NCBI RefSeq assembly: GCF_020745735.1
Contig: NC_083435.1
Coordinates: forward strand, 36,915,090 to 36,979,089
DNA: 64,000 bases
Reading direction: 5' to 3'
Origin: Hemiscyllium ocellatum
Lineage: Eukaryota
Both the position numbers and the translations under genes were made by a program. The notes below the pieces were generated by a model. It made no database searches and was not told the DNA's origin. It saw only the letters and a list, made by a program, of their open reading frames with translations. This document shows, piece after piece, positions 1-11,500 of this stretch; position 1 is the first letter of the stretch, and each line of letters starts with the position of its first letter.

Positions 1-1039
1 AACTTAATTTCAAACCCACACAACAGCTGTCGTCATCGGTGTCTTTCTTCTTCTGGCTGTAGATCTCCCTGGGTCGTCACCTTTCTTTATCATTTGATCA
101 TGCTTCATATGAACAGGTACCTTTGATAGATCGTGTTTCCTAATTTCTTGGATCTGTGTTGATGGCAGTTGCTCTGTCTGATTTTCAAACTGCCTGCCTT
201 TTTAAAATTCCCAACATTGGATCGTCTCATTGGGTCAACATTCGCAAGACAATAAATTGAAACTTGATTATGTTTTAGTATCCTGGGGCATAATTTAAAC
301 TGATTGATTAAATTCAAATTGCTGTCAAAACAGCAATTGCACAGCTAATTGATGCATGTTTCAATTTCAGAACTGCCTGTAATATGCATTTGCTTATTAA
401 CTCGGTCTCTGTGTTAAATGTTAAGCTTAGATAAGCACTTTATCTCTTAAAGAGACCACGCACTCTTTCCTCCTATCATTTTAACAAACAAATTCCATTC
501 CACTTCAGGAGTACTCTACACAACTTCATAACAATATATTTGTAATTATTTCTGACACCGGAAATTTGGAATTCAGACGATCTGACTAATTTTGTCCAAA
601 GACCTGAAGGCATAGGACCAGAACTCGATCATCCAGCTCATTAGTTCCTGCTTCATGATGTGATTAAATCATGGCTGATCTGATAATCTTACAACTGCAT
701 TTTCCTCCCTGACCCTGACTGATTAATAATCTGTCTGTCTCAGCCTCGAAAATACTTAATAAACAAGCCTTGAAAGCCCAATGTGATACAGAATTCCAGA
801 GATTCATCACCCCAAAAATCACTCCTTAAATAGCTAACCCCTTACTCTGGGTTGAAGCCCTCTTGTCTTCAACTCTTCTACAAAGAGAAATAATCTTTTC
901 ACATCTCCCCGTCTAATTTCTAAAAACATTCTGGTGATCTGAATATTGACTGATGCCTGTGCCATTCTTGAAGGACATTCGTCATTTGGACAAGCACTGT
1001 CAGTCTGGAGATTTCCTGACTGCTTTCTGAGATCTTCCC

Positions 1040-1300
1040 CGGGCATGGCATACAGGGGACATTTTGTGTCCCACTTTGTGGACAGGTACCTGGAGGCCCT
1101 ACTGAGCAGGGTGATGCAGAGGAGGGGTGTCCTCTTTCCCCAGGACCACAGAGAATGCTATGGGTATAGATCCTGCCAGTCTGCCCTGACATTGCCAGTC
1201 AGGTCAGTGCAGTGTCGGCTGATTGGAGGAATGTCCAGCAGTGTAGGAAGGGGATCAGTGACAATGTCCACTCAGACAGTGTGGGAGGTCACTATTTCAC
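1040..1300 (+). mobile_element. Degenerate Myb/SANT-like ORF remnant of the type associated with PIF/Harbinger transposons
   Basis: ORF 946-1434 contains HFVDRYLEALLSRVMQRRGVLFPQD, resembling the F.D.DLEALL..V..RR.VLFP motif of Harbinger-associated Myb/SANT proteins (recognised from memory, not searched). Confidence 0.4.
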
Positions 1301-1639
1301 TCCAACACCTCACGTTCACTCTATCTCTGCAACTGGACCCAGCTCCCACCAAGGTTAAATTCCACCTACTCTCAAGTTTGCATGCAACATCTTCCCCCAG
1401 TCGTTCTCACCGACCCCAACATCAGAAACCCTGAATGCTCCCTCTGCGCTGCCTGCTCAGTGCTTGGGACAACTCCCCACTTGCCCCCACCTGCACCCAG
1501 CACCAACAGCTGTACAACCCCCTTCTATCTCCTTTAATAGCTCCCTTTGTCTCATCCCCAGGGTAAAATGCCCACTGTCAGGCAGGAAGAACCAAGACAG
1601 GCAGTGGGCTGTCTGACATTCAGTTCCTCACCCTTCATG

Positions 1640-1920
1640 AGGAAAGTATCTGACAGACTGAGTATACTTCACAGGGAAATCAGGAAGGCAGAAAGGGGAC
1701 ATGAGGTAGCTTTGGCAAACAGGGTTAATGACAATCTGAAGGGGTTCTGGAAATACATTAAGGACAAAAGGAGAGAACAGAGTCCCTCAAAGATCAGCCA
1801 GGACACCTATGTGTGGAACCACATGAGATGGGGGAGATACTAAATGAGTTGTATCAGTGTTTATTGTGAGGAAAGATATGGAAGATAGGGACATGAGGAA
1901 ATAAGTAGTGACAACTTGAA
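1640..1920 (+). mobile_element. CR1-type LINE fragment (EN-RT linker)
   Basis: Translation KAERGHEVALANRVNDNLKGFWKYIKDKR; homologous to CR1 copies at 59330-59480 and 60280-60480. Confidence 0.75.
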
Positions 1921-1936
1921 TAATGTTCATATTACA

Positions 1937-2352
1937 TCATTCCGACAGCAGGGAGACCAGAATTGCACACAGAATTTCATAAGTAGGCTAACCAATGTCC
2001 TGTACAGCCACAATAGGACCTCCCAGCTCATGTACTCAATACTCTGACCAAACCGGCGAACATACCAAATACCTTCCTCACTGTCCTAGATCCTTACAGC
2101 CCCACATTTGAGGAACTATGACCCAGTACTCCAAGGTCTCTTTGTTCAGAATCACTCCTCAGATCTTACCATGAAGTGTATAAGTCCTGCCCTTTCCAAA
2201 ATCAGCCCCTCGCATTTCTGTAAATCAAGCTCCATCTGCCACTCCTCACCCCACTGGCCCATCGGATCAACACCCCATTGTACTCTGAGGTCACCTTCTT
2301 CACTGGCCACTCCACCAAAACTGTTGGGGTCATCTGCAAACTTACTAACCAC
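1937..2352 (-). mobile_element. CR1-type LINE RT fragment
   Basis: VVSKFADDPNSFGGV...QWGEEWQMELDLQKCE motif. Confidence 0.8.
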
Positions 2353-2809
2353 ACCCTGCGATGTTCTCTTACCATTTTGGGAATACTCAACACACCCCTT
2401 TTCCTGCCAAAGGAGGTAACCTCCCATTTTCCACATCCCAGTCCTTTTCCTCCTGATTTTCCTCAGATATTGCATTCCCATTCCTGGTTGCCATGTCATC
2501 CTTGTTTCTGTCATTTAGGTCATTCCAAAGCCTTCAGTTGAGCCTTCAGTTGTTTACCTCATTGTGAGTGTTACATCCATCCAAGTGGGGACACCTGAAC
2601 CTGCTCTTTTTGACATCATTCCATTTCCCAAGCACACTGGATGCTCCACTTTCTTTCCTCTGCCTTCTAGACTTCCTCAGGGCTTTTTAATTCACTGTCA
2701 CCAACTTTACTCCCTTCAGTTTGGTTCCCATCCGTCTGAACTCATCTCATCAGCATCAGCAAATCTCCACATAGGCATTTCAGTCCAGTCCCAATAGGGT
2801 GTAACCAAG

Positions 2810-2890
2810 TGGTAGTGTCCCTACACTAGACCGCGAGGCCTGGTTGCAGTCCTACCTGCTCCAGAGGTGTGGAACAATATTCATTAGGAA
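2810..2890 (+). mobile_element. Truncated tRNA-derived SINE head
   Basis: gtggtagtgtccctac...ggcctggttgcagtcctacctgctccagagg; A/B-box-like but degenerate. Confidence 0.35.
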
Positions 2891-3199
2891 AATGGGTAAA
2901 ATAAAACAAAAGTTTCCCTTGACAAGTCTCACCTGCCCCAGGATTAGATTGAATTCCTCGGAAGTCCCATGCCATCCCTCAGCACTGCCTCTCTCGCCAT
3001 GGATTGAAACAACTGATCCTCCTGTTCTTATCCTCACTTCTTACTTTGGATTGTTTAATGTCCTATTCTTTAATCAGCCGAAACCTCATGCTACAACGAT
3101 CACTGTCCTTTAAAAGTTCCCTGCTCACTTGTTGCCTCCCTCATTCCTGAGAACAAAGTCTTACAGTGTCTCCTCTCTGACTGAACTGGAGACATGTCA

Positions 3200-4890
3200 G
3201 AGAGTCATAGAGTCACAGAGATGTACAGCATGGAAACAGACCCTTCGGTCCATCCCGTCCATGCTGACCAGATATCCCAATCCAATCTAGGCCCACCTAC
3301 CAGCACCCGGCCCATATCCCTCCAAACTCTTCCTAAACATATATCCATCCAAATGCCTTTTAAATGTTGTAATTGTAGCAGCCTCCACCACTTCCTCTGG
3401 CAGCTCATTCCATAGACATACCTCCCTCTGTGTGAAAAAGTTGCCCCTTAGGTCTCTTTTATATCTTTCCCCTTTCGCACTAAACCTATACCCTCGAGTT
3501 CTGGACTCCCCGATACCAGGGAAAAGACCTTGGGTATTTACCCTATCCATGCCCCTAATGATATTGTAAACCTCTATAAGGTCACCTCTCAGCCTCCAAC
3601 ACTCCCTGGAAACATCCTTGTAATTCTTTTCTGAACCCTTTCAAGTTTCACAACATCCTTCCGATAGGAAGGAAACCAGAATTACACGCAATATTCCAAC
3701 AGTGGCATAACCAATGTACTGTACAGCCACAACATGACCTCTCAACTCCTGTACTCAATACTCTGACCAATAAAGGCAAGCATAATAAACACCTTCTTCA
3801 CTATCCTATCTACCTGTGACTGTACTTTCAAGGAGCTATGAACCTGCACCCCAAGGTCTCTTTGTTCAGCAACACTCCCTGGGACCTTACCATTAAGTGT
3901 ATAAGTCCTGCTCAGATTTGTTTTCCCAAAATGCAGCACTTCACATTTATCTGAATTAAACTCCATCTGCCACTCCTCAGCCCATTGGCCCATCTGGTCA
4001 AGATCCCATTGTAATCTGCGGTAACCTTCTTTGCTGTCCATTACACCACCAATTTTGGTGTCATCTGCAAACTTACTAACTATACTTCTTAAACTCACAT
4101 CCAAGTCATTTATATAAATCATTTATATGAAACGTAGTGGACCCAATCCTTGTAGCACTCCACTGGTCACAGGCCTCCAGTCTGAAAAACTATCCTGCAC
4201 CACCAGCCTCTGTCTTCTACCTTTGAGTCAGTTCTGTATCCAAATGGCTAGTTCACCCTGTATTCCATGAGATCTAACCTTGCTAATCAACTTCCCATTG
4301 GAACCTTGTCTTACTGAAGTCCATATAGATCACATGTACATCTCTGCCCTCATCAATCCTCTTTGTTGCTTATTCAAAAAACTCAATCAAGTTTGTGAGA
4401 CATGATTTCCCATGCACAAAGTCATGTTGACGATCCCGAATCAGTCCTTGCCTTTCCAAATACATGCACATCCTGTCCCTCAGGATTCCCTCCAACAACT
4501 TGCCCACCACCGAGGTCAGGCTCACCGGGCTATAGTTCTCTGGCTTGTCTTTCCTGCCCTTCTTAAACAGTGGCACCATGTTTGCCAACCTCCAGTCTTC
4601 TGACACCTCACCTGTGACTATCGATGATACAAATATCTCAGCAAGAGGCCCAGCAATCACTTCCCTAACCTCCCACAGAGTTCTAGGGTACACCTGATCA
4701 GGTCCTGGGGAGTTATCCACTTTTATGCATTTCAACACATCCAGCACTTCCTCCTCTGTAATAAGGACACTTTTCAAGATGTCACCATCTATTTCCCTAC
4801 ATTCTATATCTTCCATGTCCTTTTCCACAGTAAATACTGATGCAAAATACTTATTTAGTCTCTTCCCCATCTCCTGCAGCTCCACACATG
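3200..4890 (-). mobile_element. CR1-type LINE, 3' half of ORF2 plus 3' UTR
   Basis: ORFs 4370-4885 (KSPGPD-like NSPGPDQVYPRTL, PVSLTSVVGKLLE), 3742-4122 (YINDLD, KFADDTKIGG) and 3287-3550 (SRTRGY..LRGNFFTQR); typical 3' tail with short gagtcata-like repeats at about 3200-3220. Confidence 0.95.
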
Positions 4891-5448
4891 GGAGAAAATC
4901 TTCTTCAGCGCACTCTCACACTCTTGGACTTTACTATTCTGTATCCTCCTGATATTCCCGTTTGGCTTAGTTCCTAATTTTGTTGTTTAAATACCTTTCC
5001 CCAATCCCACACTTCATATCATAGAAAACGAGAGAAGCTTTATGGCTGATTTCTTTACCCAGCAGTCTATGCGGTGGGGACTATCCCCTCCCAAGGTCAC
5101 AGGGGAGTGGTGCACGGACACACTGACAGCCAATGTTTGGAGCATGCCCAGTGTGATCAGTATACACACATAAACACATCTTGTTCCCTGTCTGATCTTC
5201 CTTTGTGTGATCGGCCCAGATCAGGTCTAATATTGATCATTAAACCCATCACACACACTCTCATCCTCACTGACTGAATATTGATGGGATGGGAGAGATC
5301 TCCAGAATCTCCATAAAGTGTAAGGATGGAGGGGAGTGTGGGAATGAGGATTTCTGACACAATCTCCATCCCCTCACAGTTGTTGTGTTTTCACTCTCTG
5401 AGAATGGATTATTCCCCATTCTAATGGACATTTATTTTGTTCCTGCAG

Positions 5449-5481
5449 GTTCCCCAAGTGGGACCTACACAACAGCTCCCA
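5449..5481 (+). other. Candidate 33-bp phase-1 mini-exon (GSPSGTYTTAP), MHC class I cytoplasmic-tail-like
   Basis: Acceptor tttattttgttcctgcag and donor gtaagt; length 33 nt; Tyr motif similar to the GSYSQAA of the 33-nt HLA tail exon. Confidence 0.5.
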
Positions 5482-5799
5482 GTAAGTGACTGAGGGGACA
5501 GAGTGTTGAGAATGATGGGAGAGGGATTGGAAGGTGGAGAGTTAAATTTCCTGGGAATTACTCAGGAGTGGAATCCTCAACATCCAGATCCTCAGCCTGC
5601 AGTTGTTCCTTCTTTTGTCCTTGCTCTTCAATCTCTCTTCCTCAATCATTTTTCATCCACTTGCTCACTGTCCAGGTCTTTCAGCATCCTCCCCTCAGCC
5701 GCAGCCCTCCCCACCCTCTCCCTCACCATGTTCTGGGGTATGTGAGGTGGGACAGTGCTGTGCCTTTAAGAGATGTGTTTTGTCCTGTTTCTCTTGCAG

Positions 5800-5870
5800 A
5801 GGGCTGTTGTCACACTGGGACCGAAATGTCTCATTCAGACAAGCAGGTGGTGAACAGCTTTCAATCATGA
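5800..5870 (+). other. Candidate terminal coding exon (KGCCHTGTEMSHSDKQVVNSFQS*)
   Basis: Strong acceptor tgttttgtcctgtttctcttgcag; phase compatible with 5449-5481; TGA at 5868-5870. Confidence 0.35.
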
Positions 5871-6232
5871 GTGGGTGGGGCCGGGCTGGGTGGGGCTGGG
5901 GTGGATGGGTGGGGTCGGTTTGGGTGGCTAGGGCCAGGGTGGGTGGGCTGGGCTGGGTGGGTTGGGTGGGCAGGGGCCGTGCTGGGTGGGCGGGGTGGCT
6001 GGACTCAGGCTGGGTGGGCTGGGGAGGCTGGGGTCGGGCTGGGTGGGCTGGGGCTGGGCTGGATGGGTGGGGTCGGTTTGGGTGGCTAGGGCCAGAATGG
6101 GTGGGCTGGGCTGGGTGGGCAGGGGCTGCTGGGTGGGCGGGGTGGCTGGACTCGGGCTGGGTGGGCTGGGTAGGGTGGGGTCGGGCTGGGTGGGCTGGGT
6201 GGCTGGGGTCGGCTGGGGTGGGCTGGGTTTGG
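5871..6232. repeat. G-rich low-complexity tandem repeat (gggct/gggtg units, higher-order period about 160 bp)
   Basis: Block ggatgggtggggtcggtttgggtggctagggccag occurs at about 5903 and 6061; dense GGG runs. Confidence 0.9.
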
Positions 6233-6234
6233 TG

Positions 6235-7200
6235 AAGTCTTTGCTGGCTGCTGGAGCTGAAAACTTGAGTTCTCTGCTGCTGGAGTGAAACCTTCGACAG
6301 AGAGGCTTCCTTTCAGGAATCAACAGGGGCAAATGTTTCTTTGGGTGTTTCCTACAACTGAGCTGGAGAGAGATAGCATGTGAGAACAACAACTTCTGCT
6401 GAATTTCATTGGTCAAGAGTTTAAGGGATGCTTTTAAATATATCAATCGGATTAAAGTTATGCCTTTCTTTTGTATTTTAACTGTACTGTAAAAATAAAG
6501 TGTGTTTTGTTTAAAGCCGAGAGATGGGCCAATCAAATCACATCTGGAACACAGCACCTTGACTTGCCTTTCAAGAAATATAAACGTTAGTGTCGAGGCA
6601 ATTTCCATCATATACTTTGTGAGGGAACTGGTCTGATCTGTAATAAATTGAGATGTCTGGTCTGGAATCAGAACCTCCAACTCCAGGTTGGGTTCAGGAG
6701 GATTGTCCTCAAAGGCAGCAAATGGTGAGTGTTGGTATTCTCTTTTGACGTGTTGCATTCAGTTGGTTTGAATAGGGGTGTGTTGTATAATAATGGCTGT
6801 TCTCAGAGGTTAAACGTTTCTGGGCTGTGGGGCAAGTAGTCCCTTGGGCTGGATTGCAGATGGTGAATAATGGAAAGCTTTTGGAATTGGCAGATGAGCT
6901 ACAGTTACCTGCAGATGTGAGGGAGATAATGGCAGTGAGAGCTCTGCATTTCTGGCAAATGTAGGTGCTCTCAGAATCGTTGGAAATGGTTAAACTTCAA
7001 TTGCACATGAAGCATCTAATAATACAGGCAACAGTAAAAGAGAGAGAACATTGCAGTAGAACAAAGAGCAAAAAAATTAGACCAGCTTGAATATGAAAAG
7101 GAAATGAAACAGTTTGCATTCCAGTTGCAAGCAGAACAAAAAGAGAAAAAGGATATTGTCTTTTATAACTGATGACTGAAAAAGTAAAATACTATTATCA
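6235..7200 (+). mobile_element. Gypsy-like LTR 3' part, leader and degenerate gag N-terminus
   Basis: LTR-like segment with aataaa (about 6494) ending ctggtctgatctgtaat, followed by a degenerate PBS-like stretch, then charged coiled-coil-like coding remnants (about 7040-7160). Confidence 0.45.
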
Positions 7201-7244
7201 ACATATTTAAACTCTCTTGTTTTTACTAATGCTGACTGGCTTAT

Positions 7245-7447
7245 AGAGTCATCGAGATGTACAGCACGGAAACAGACCCTTCGGTCCATCCCGTCCATGC
7301 TGACCAGATATCCCAACCCAATCTAGTCCCACCTGCCAGCACCCGGCCCATATCCCTCCAAACACTTCCTTATTCATATACCATCCAGATGCCTCTTAAA
7401 TGTTGTAATTGTACCAGCCTCCACCACTTCCTCTGGCAGCTCATTCC
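7245..7447 (-). mobile_element. CR1 3' end fragment
   Basis: Near-identical to 3200-3410. Confidence 0.9.
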
Positions 7448-9310
7448 AAGCTTGATGTGAATTTGCATTATTTTCTATCGTTAATTGGAGATAGAATACA
7501 GTTGTGTTGTTTAATCAGTGTGTATGAATGTCAAAAGGAAATCAATAGCTAACTATTGAAGTAAATAGAAACTGTAACAGTCTTCTGTGTAATACAGACA
7601 GGTAAATCATAATTTGAACAGGGCTATTTAAACAGATGTATTAGCATTTCACAGGTCTTATGTTTTCTCCAAATTAGTTTGCAGATTATAAATGATGTCA
7701 CGAGTGACCAATAAGTGGACAATATGTGACCTGTGACAACATTATGTTGTTACCCTCGGAAATCATTGTGCAAAACAATCTGACAGCAATTATTCAAAAT
7801 TCCAATTCCAGGCAACAAATCCTAAATGGCTGCAATTAGTTAAACCTTCGATAAGATTTACAGTCAATTTTCTATGTCCTCTTAGTGACTGAAAAGAAAT
7901 GAATTTTATTCAGTTGACAATCTTATTTCATCCAGTTTATTTTAATCTTTGCAAACAATTGAATTCCTGAATGAAGCAGTGCAGAGTCAGGCTTGTGGTT
8001 TTGGGTGAGTCAAAAATGATCAAGGAACAACTATAATAACTCTTTTTTTTATTCAGACTGTTTAATTGGCCAGTTTAATTTTTTTTTACTAAATATAGTA
8101 ATTGGTTTCCTCTGTGGGCAGTATCTCCATACACAGAAAATCTGATCATTGAAATGATGTTTAAAAATATTTAATAAACCAACTTTGATTCTACAGGTAT
8201 TGAACAAGAATCTGACCAAAGATCCTCACTAAATATAATGTTCTCCACCAAAATGTGCTGAGGGGTTAGGGTGAGGATTGAAAACATTGGAGGGCAGAGG
8301 AGGTGGAAGCCACAGCATTTGCAAGGTAGTGAAGGAGTGCAGGCTTAGAAAATCAGCAAATACAATCAATAAAGTTGAAAGTTAGGAGTATGAGGATAAG
8401 GAAAGGAGATGAAGAAGCAGCGGTCGAAAGCTAGTTCTTCCAAATATACATAGAACATAGAACAATACAGCACAGAACAGGCCCTTCGGCCCACGATGTT
8501 GTGCCGAACATTTGTCCTAGCTTAAGCACCTATCCATGTACCTATCCAATTGCCGCTTAAAGGTCACCAATGATTCTGACTCTGCCACTCCCACAGGCAT
8601 CACTCTCTGGGTAAAGAACCTACCCTGACATCCCCTCTATACTTTCCACCCTTCACATCAAATTTATGTCCCCTTGTAACACTCTGTTGTACCCGGGGAA
8701 AAAGTCTCTGTCTACTCTATCTATTCCCCTGATCATCTTATAAACTTCTATCATGTCACCCCTCATCCTTCGCCGTTCCAATGAGAAAAGGCCTAGCACT
8801 CTCAACCTATCCTCATACGACCTATTCTCCATTCCAGGCAACATCCTGGTAAATCTCCTCTGCACCCTCTCCAAAGCTACCACATCTTTCCTAAAGTGAG
8901 GCGACCAGAACTGCACACAGTAATCCAAATGTGGCCTAACCAAAGACCTGTACAGCTGCAACATCACCTCACGACTCTTGAGAATTCCATCCCTCTGCTA
9001 ATGAATGCTAATACACCATAGGCCTTCTTACAAGTTCTATCCACCTGAGTGGCAACTTTCAAAGAGCTATGAACATAGACCCCAAGATCCCTCTGCTCCT
9101 CCACCTTACTAAGAACCCGACCGTTAACTCTGTATTCCGCATTCTTATTTGTCCTTCCAAAATGGACAACCTCACACTTGACAGGGTTGAACTCCATCTG
9201 CCACTCCTCAGCCCAGCTCTGCATCATATCTAAGTCCCTTTGCAGCCGACAACAGCCCTCCTCACTATCCAAAACTCCACCAATCTTCGTATCGTCTGCA
9301 AATTTACTGA

Positions 9311-9563
9311 CCCACTCTTCGACTCCCTCTTCCTGACCTCTCCGCCCCCACCCCACTCCAGCCTATCACCCTCACCTTGACCTCCTTCCACCTATCCCAC
9401 CTCCATCGCCCCTCCCCCAAGTCCCTCCTCCCTACCTTTTATCTTAGCCTGCTTGGCTACTCTCTCTCATTCCTGATGAAGGGCTTATGCTCGAAACGTC
9501 GAATTCTCTATTCCTGAGATGCTGCCTGGCCTGCTGTGCTTTGACCAGCAACACATTTTCAGC
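9311..9563 (+). mobile_element. Penelope-like element 3' terminal fragment
   Basis: Pyrimidine-rich tail ending cctgatgaagggcttatgctcgaaacgtcga...gatgctgcctggcctgctgtg; same architecture as the PLE ends at 22000-22130 and 42300-42560. Confidence 0.75.
9468..9505 (+). ncRNA. Minimal type I hammerhead ribozyme motif (canonical core)
   Basis: ATTC-CTGATGA-A-GGGC ttat GCTC-GAAAC-GTC-GAAT: stem I ATTC/GAAT, stem II 4 bp, palindromic ACGT stem III; predicted cut after 9500. Confidence 0.75.
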
Positions 9564-10274
9564 TGACTCCCTCTTCCAAGTCATTAATAAAAATTACAAA
9601 CAGCAGAGGACCCAGAACTGATCCCTGTGGAACTCCATTTGTGACTGGGCTCCAGGCTGAATATTTACCATCTACCACCACTCTCTGACTTCGACCGGTT
9701 AGCCAGTTCTCTATCCAACTGGCCAAATTTCCCACTGTCCCATGCCTCCTGACTTTCCGCATAAGCCTACCATGGGGAACCTTATCAAATGCCTTACTAA
9801 ATGCCTTATCAAATGCCTTACTACATTTTGGACGATAACCTGGTGTTGTGCAATCTTTTAGATTGGGTTGCAGGTTTCAGAGGGTCCCAGACTATGGGCC
9901 ACAAAATCTTCTTGATGGAGCAACACCGCCACCTGCTGCCTAACAACGGGATTCCATGGGTTTGTTCATCTCCTGCATTACCGGCGGTGGACAGTTGGTG
10001 GCGGTATTGTCCGTCTTCCACCATTCAAACCCACACAATGGAGTTAATGTACTTCTTTCAAGCCACCGCACTGCCATCGTTGATTATGATGCATCTCTCT
10101 AAACACAATTTGTCAAATAAAAATCAGACATTCTACAGACATGATCCTGAACTTCCAGTCACATCGTTTTAATTGTCCCAATCTCACTTCAACTTCGATT
10201 TGAACAAATCAGATTTACAAATGCCACAGGGACATATAATAGGACAGCAAATTATTGCAGCTACTGGAAACCTG

Positions 10275-10445
10275 AAATATAAATTCAAAACTCTGGAAAT
10301 CCCCAGCAGGTCAGGCAGTATCTGTAATGAGAAAAAGACAGTCAAGGTCTCAGGTTCAACATCTGCACCAATCCTGAAGAAGGGTCTTGTTTCTCCCTGC
10401 ACAGATACTGAGAGACATGCTGAGCATTGTCAACACTTGGCATTT
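10275..10445. mobile_element. Degenerate PLE-derived foldback element
   Basis: cccagcaggtcaggcagtatctg ... cagatactgagagacatgctgag arms flank a cctgaagaaggg remnant. Confidence 0.55.
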
Positions 10446-11384
10446 CTCCTGAAGCAAAACAACCTGTTTGTCCATCCTGCAAAAAGCCATCAGAGCTCCT
10501 CATTCTCCAACAGCAAGAAACCCAGAGGCAGCTGCTTGAGGTCTCGTTTAGCACAATTTTAAACTTTAATTTTATATCATGTTAATGTATGAAGTAAACA
10601 TTCACAACTTGCTCAGCAATCAAACTAGACAAAGCATTAAATTGATAGCTTGTTACAAATTGAGTAATTGATAAAAATAACCAATGAAATGTGTGAAGGT
10701 GCAGAGCGAACTAAAAATCTTTCTTATCATTTTGCTTAAGAAGCAGAGCTGGAAGGGGACAGCCTGAGGCTCAGATCTGGGTCATCAGGGAGGGGGAGGA
10801 GATTCAATAAGGAGTTGGGTTTAAGTAACGCTGAGTTGACATTCTCCTCTGGTGGTGCACTCTCTGAGCTGCTGTCGATGGAATTCATACAAAAAAAGGT
10901 GTAGGAAGTGGTTTTCCCTCCCACCTGGGTTTTCTCCCCCTCCTGGTCCAGGGTTCACACAGTGGGTCACACACCAACAGTCCCCTACTCCCACATTATA
11001 CCATTGTGAAGGAGAAGGTTGATTGGGGAGATGGTTGACTCAGGGCCTCACACCAGCCAGAAACAGTCCATTTTTAATTTTCTTGAAATAGTGTACACGT
11101 GGTCAGGTCAAGTTCAAATGAAAAATAATTTTGGTAACTTACTGGGAATATACTTGATAAGAGCATTGCAAGTGTATCACAGAAATACAACATTTGCTGT
11201 CACCAAAACAGAGAAAATGAGTTTGTAAATTAAACAGAAAGCGAGGAATGAAGAAATATGAAGAGCTAATAATGACATTGATCGGCCAACGATCATCACT
11301 ATTATTCATGGTCAGTATTCAGTTATGTTTCAATCATCAATCAGATAATTAGTGAATTACAAACAGGAAGGACCTAAAAGAGAA

Positions 11385-11500
11385 ATATTCAAATGGTCAC
11401 GGTCCACTCGTGATAGAGAGATATTGGAATGATCACCGTCCACTCGTGATAGAGAGATATTGGAATGGTCACCATCCACTCGTGATAGAGAGATACTTTT
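11385..11500. repeat. 36-bp tandem repeat, about 3 copies
   Basis: ccactcgtgatagagagata begins at 11404, 11440 and 11476. Confidence 0.95.

Larger units (their letters stand above)
8449..9800 (-). mobile_element. CR1-type LINE, 5'-truncated, interrupted by a PLE tail at about 9311-9563
   Basis: ORFs 8653-8967, 8964-9356 (KFADDTK) and 9559-9762 ([13 protein letters not shown]); 3' tail acatagaacatagaac at about 8449. Confidence 0.92.

Noticed and set aside
105-317. Minus-strand ORF or exon at the window start
   Set aside because: No recognisable motif, weak splice signals, stops in alternative frames.
5603-6758. Long ORFs of 210 and 276 aa
   Set aside because: Products of a stop-free G-rich repeat plus LTR-like sequence; no protein features.
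3200-7447. Segmental duplication suggested by near-identical 3200-3410 and 7245-7447
   Set aside because: Similarity is limited to the CR1 3' end and is explained by independent insertions of a young subfamily.
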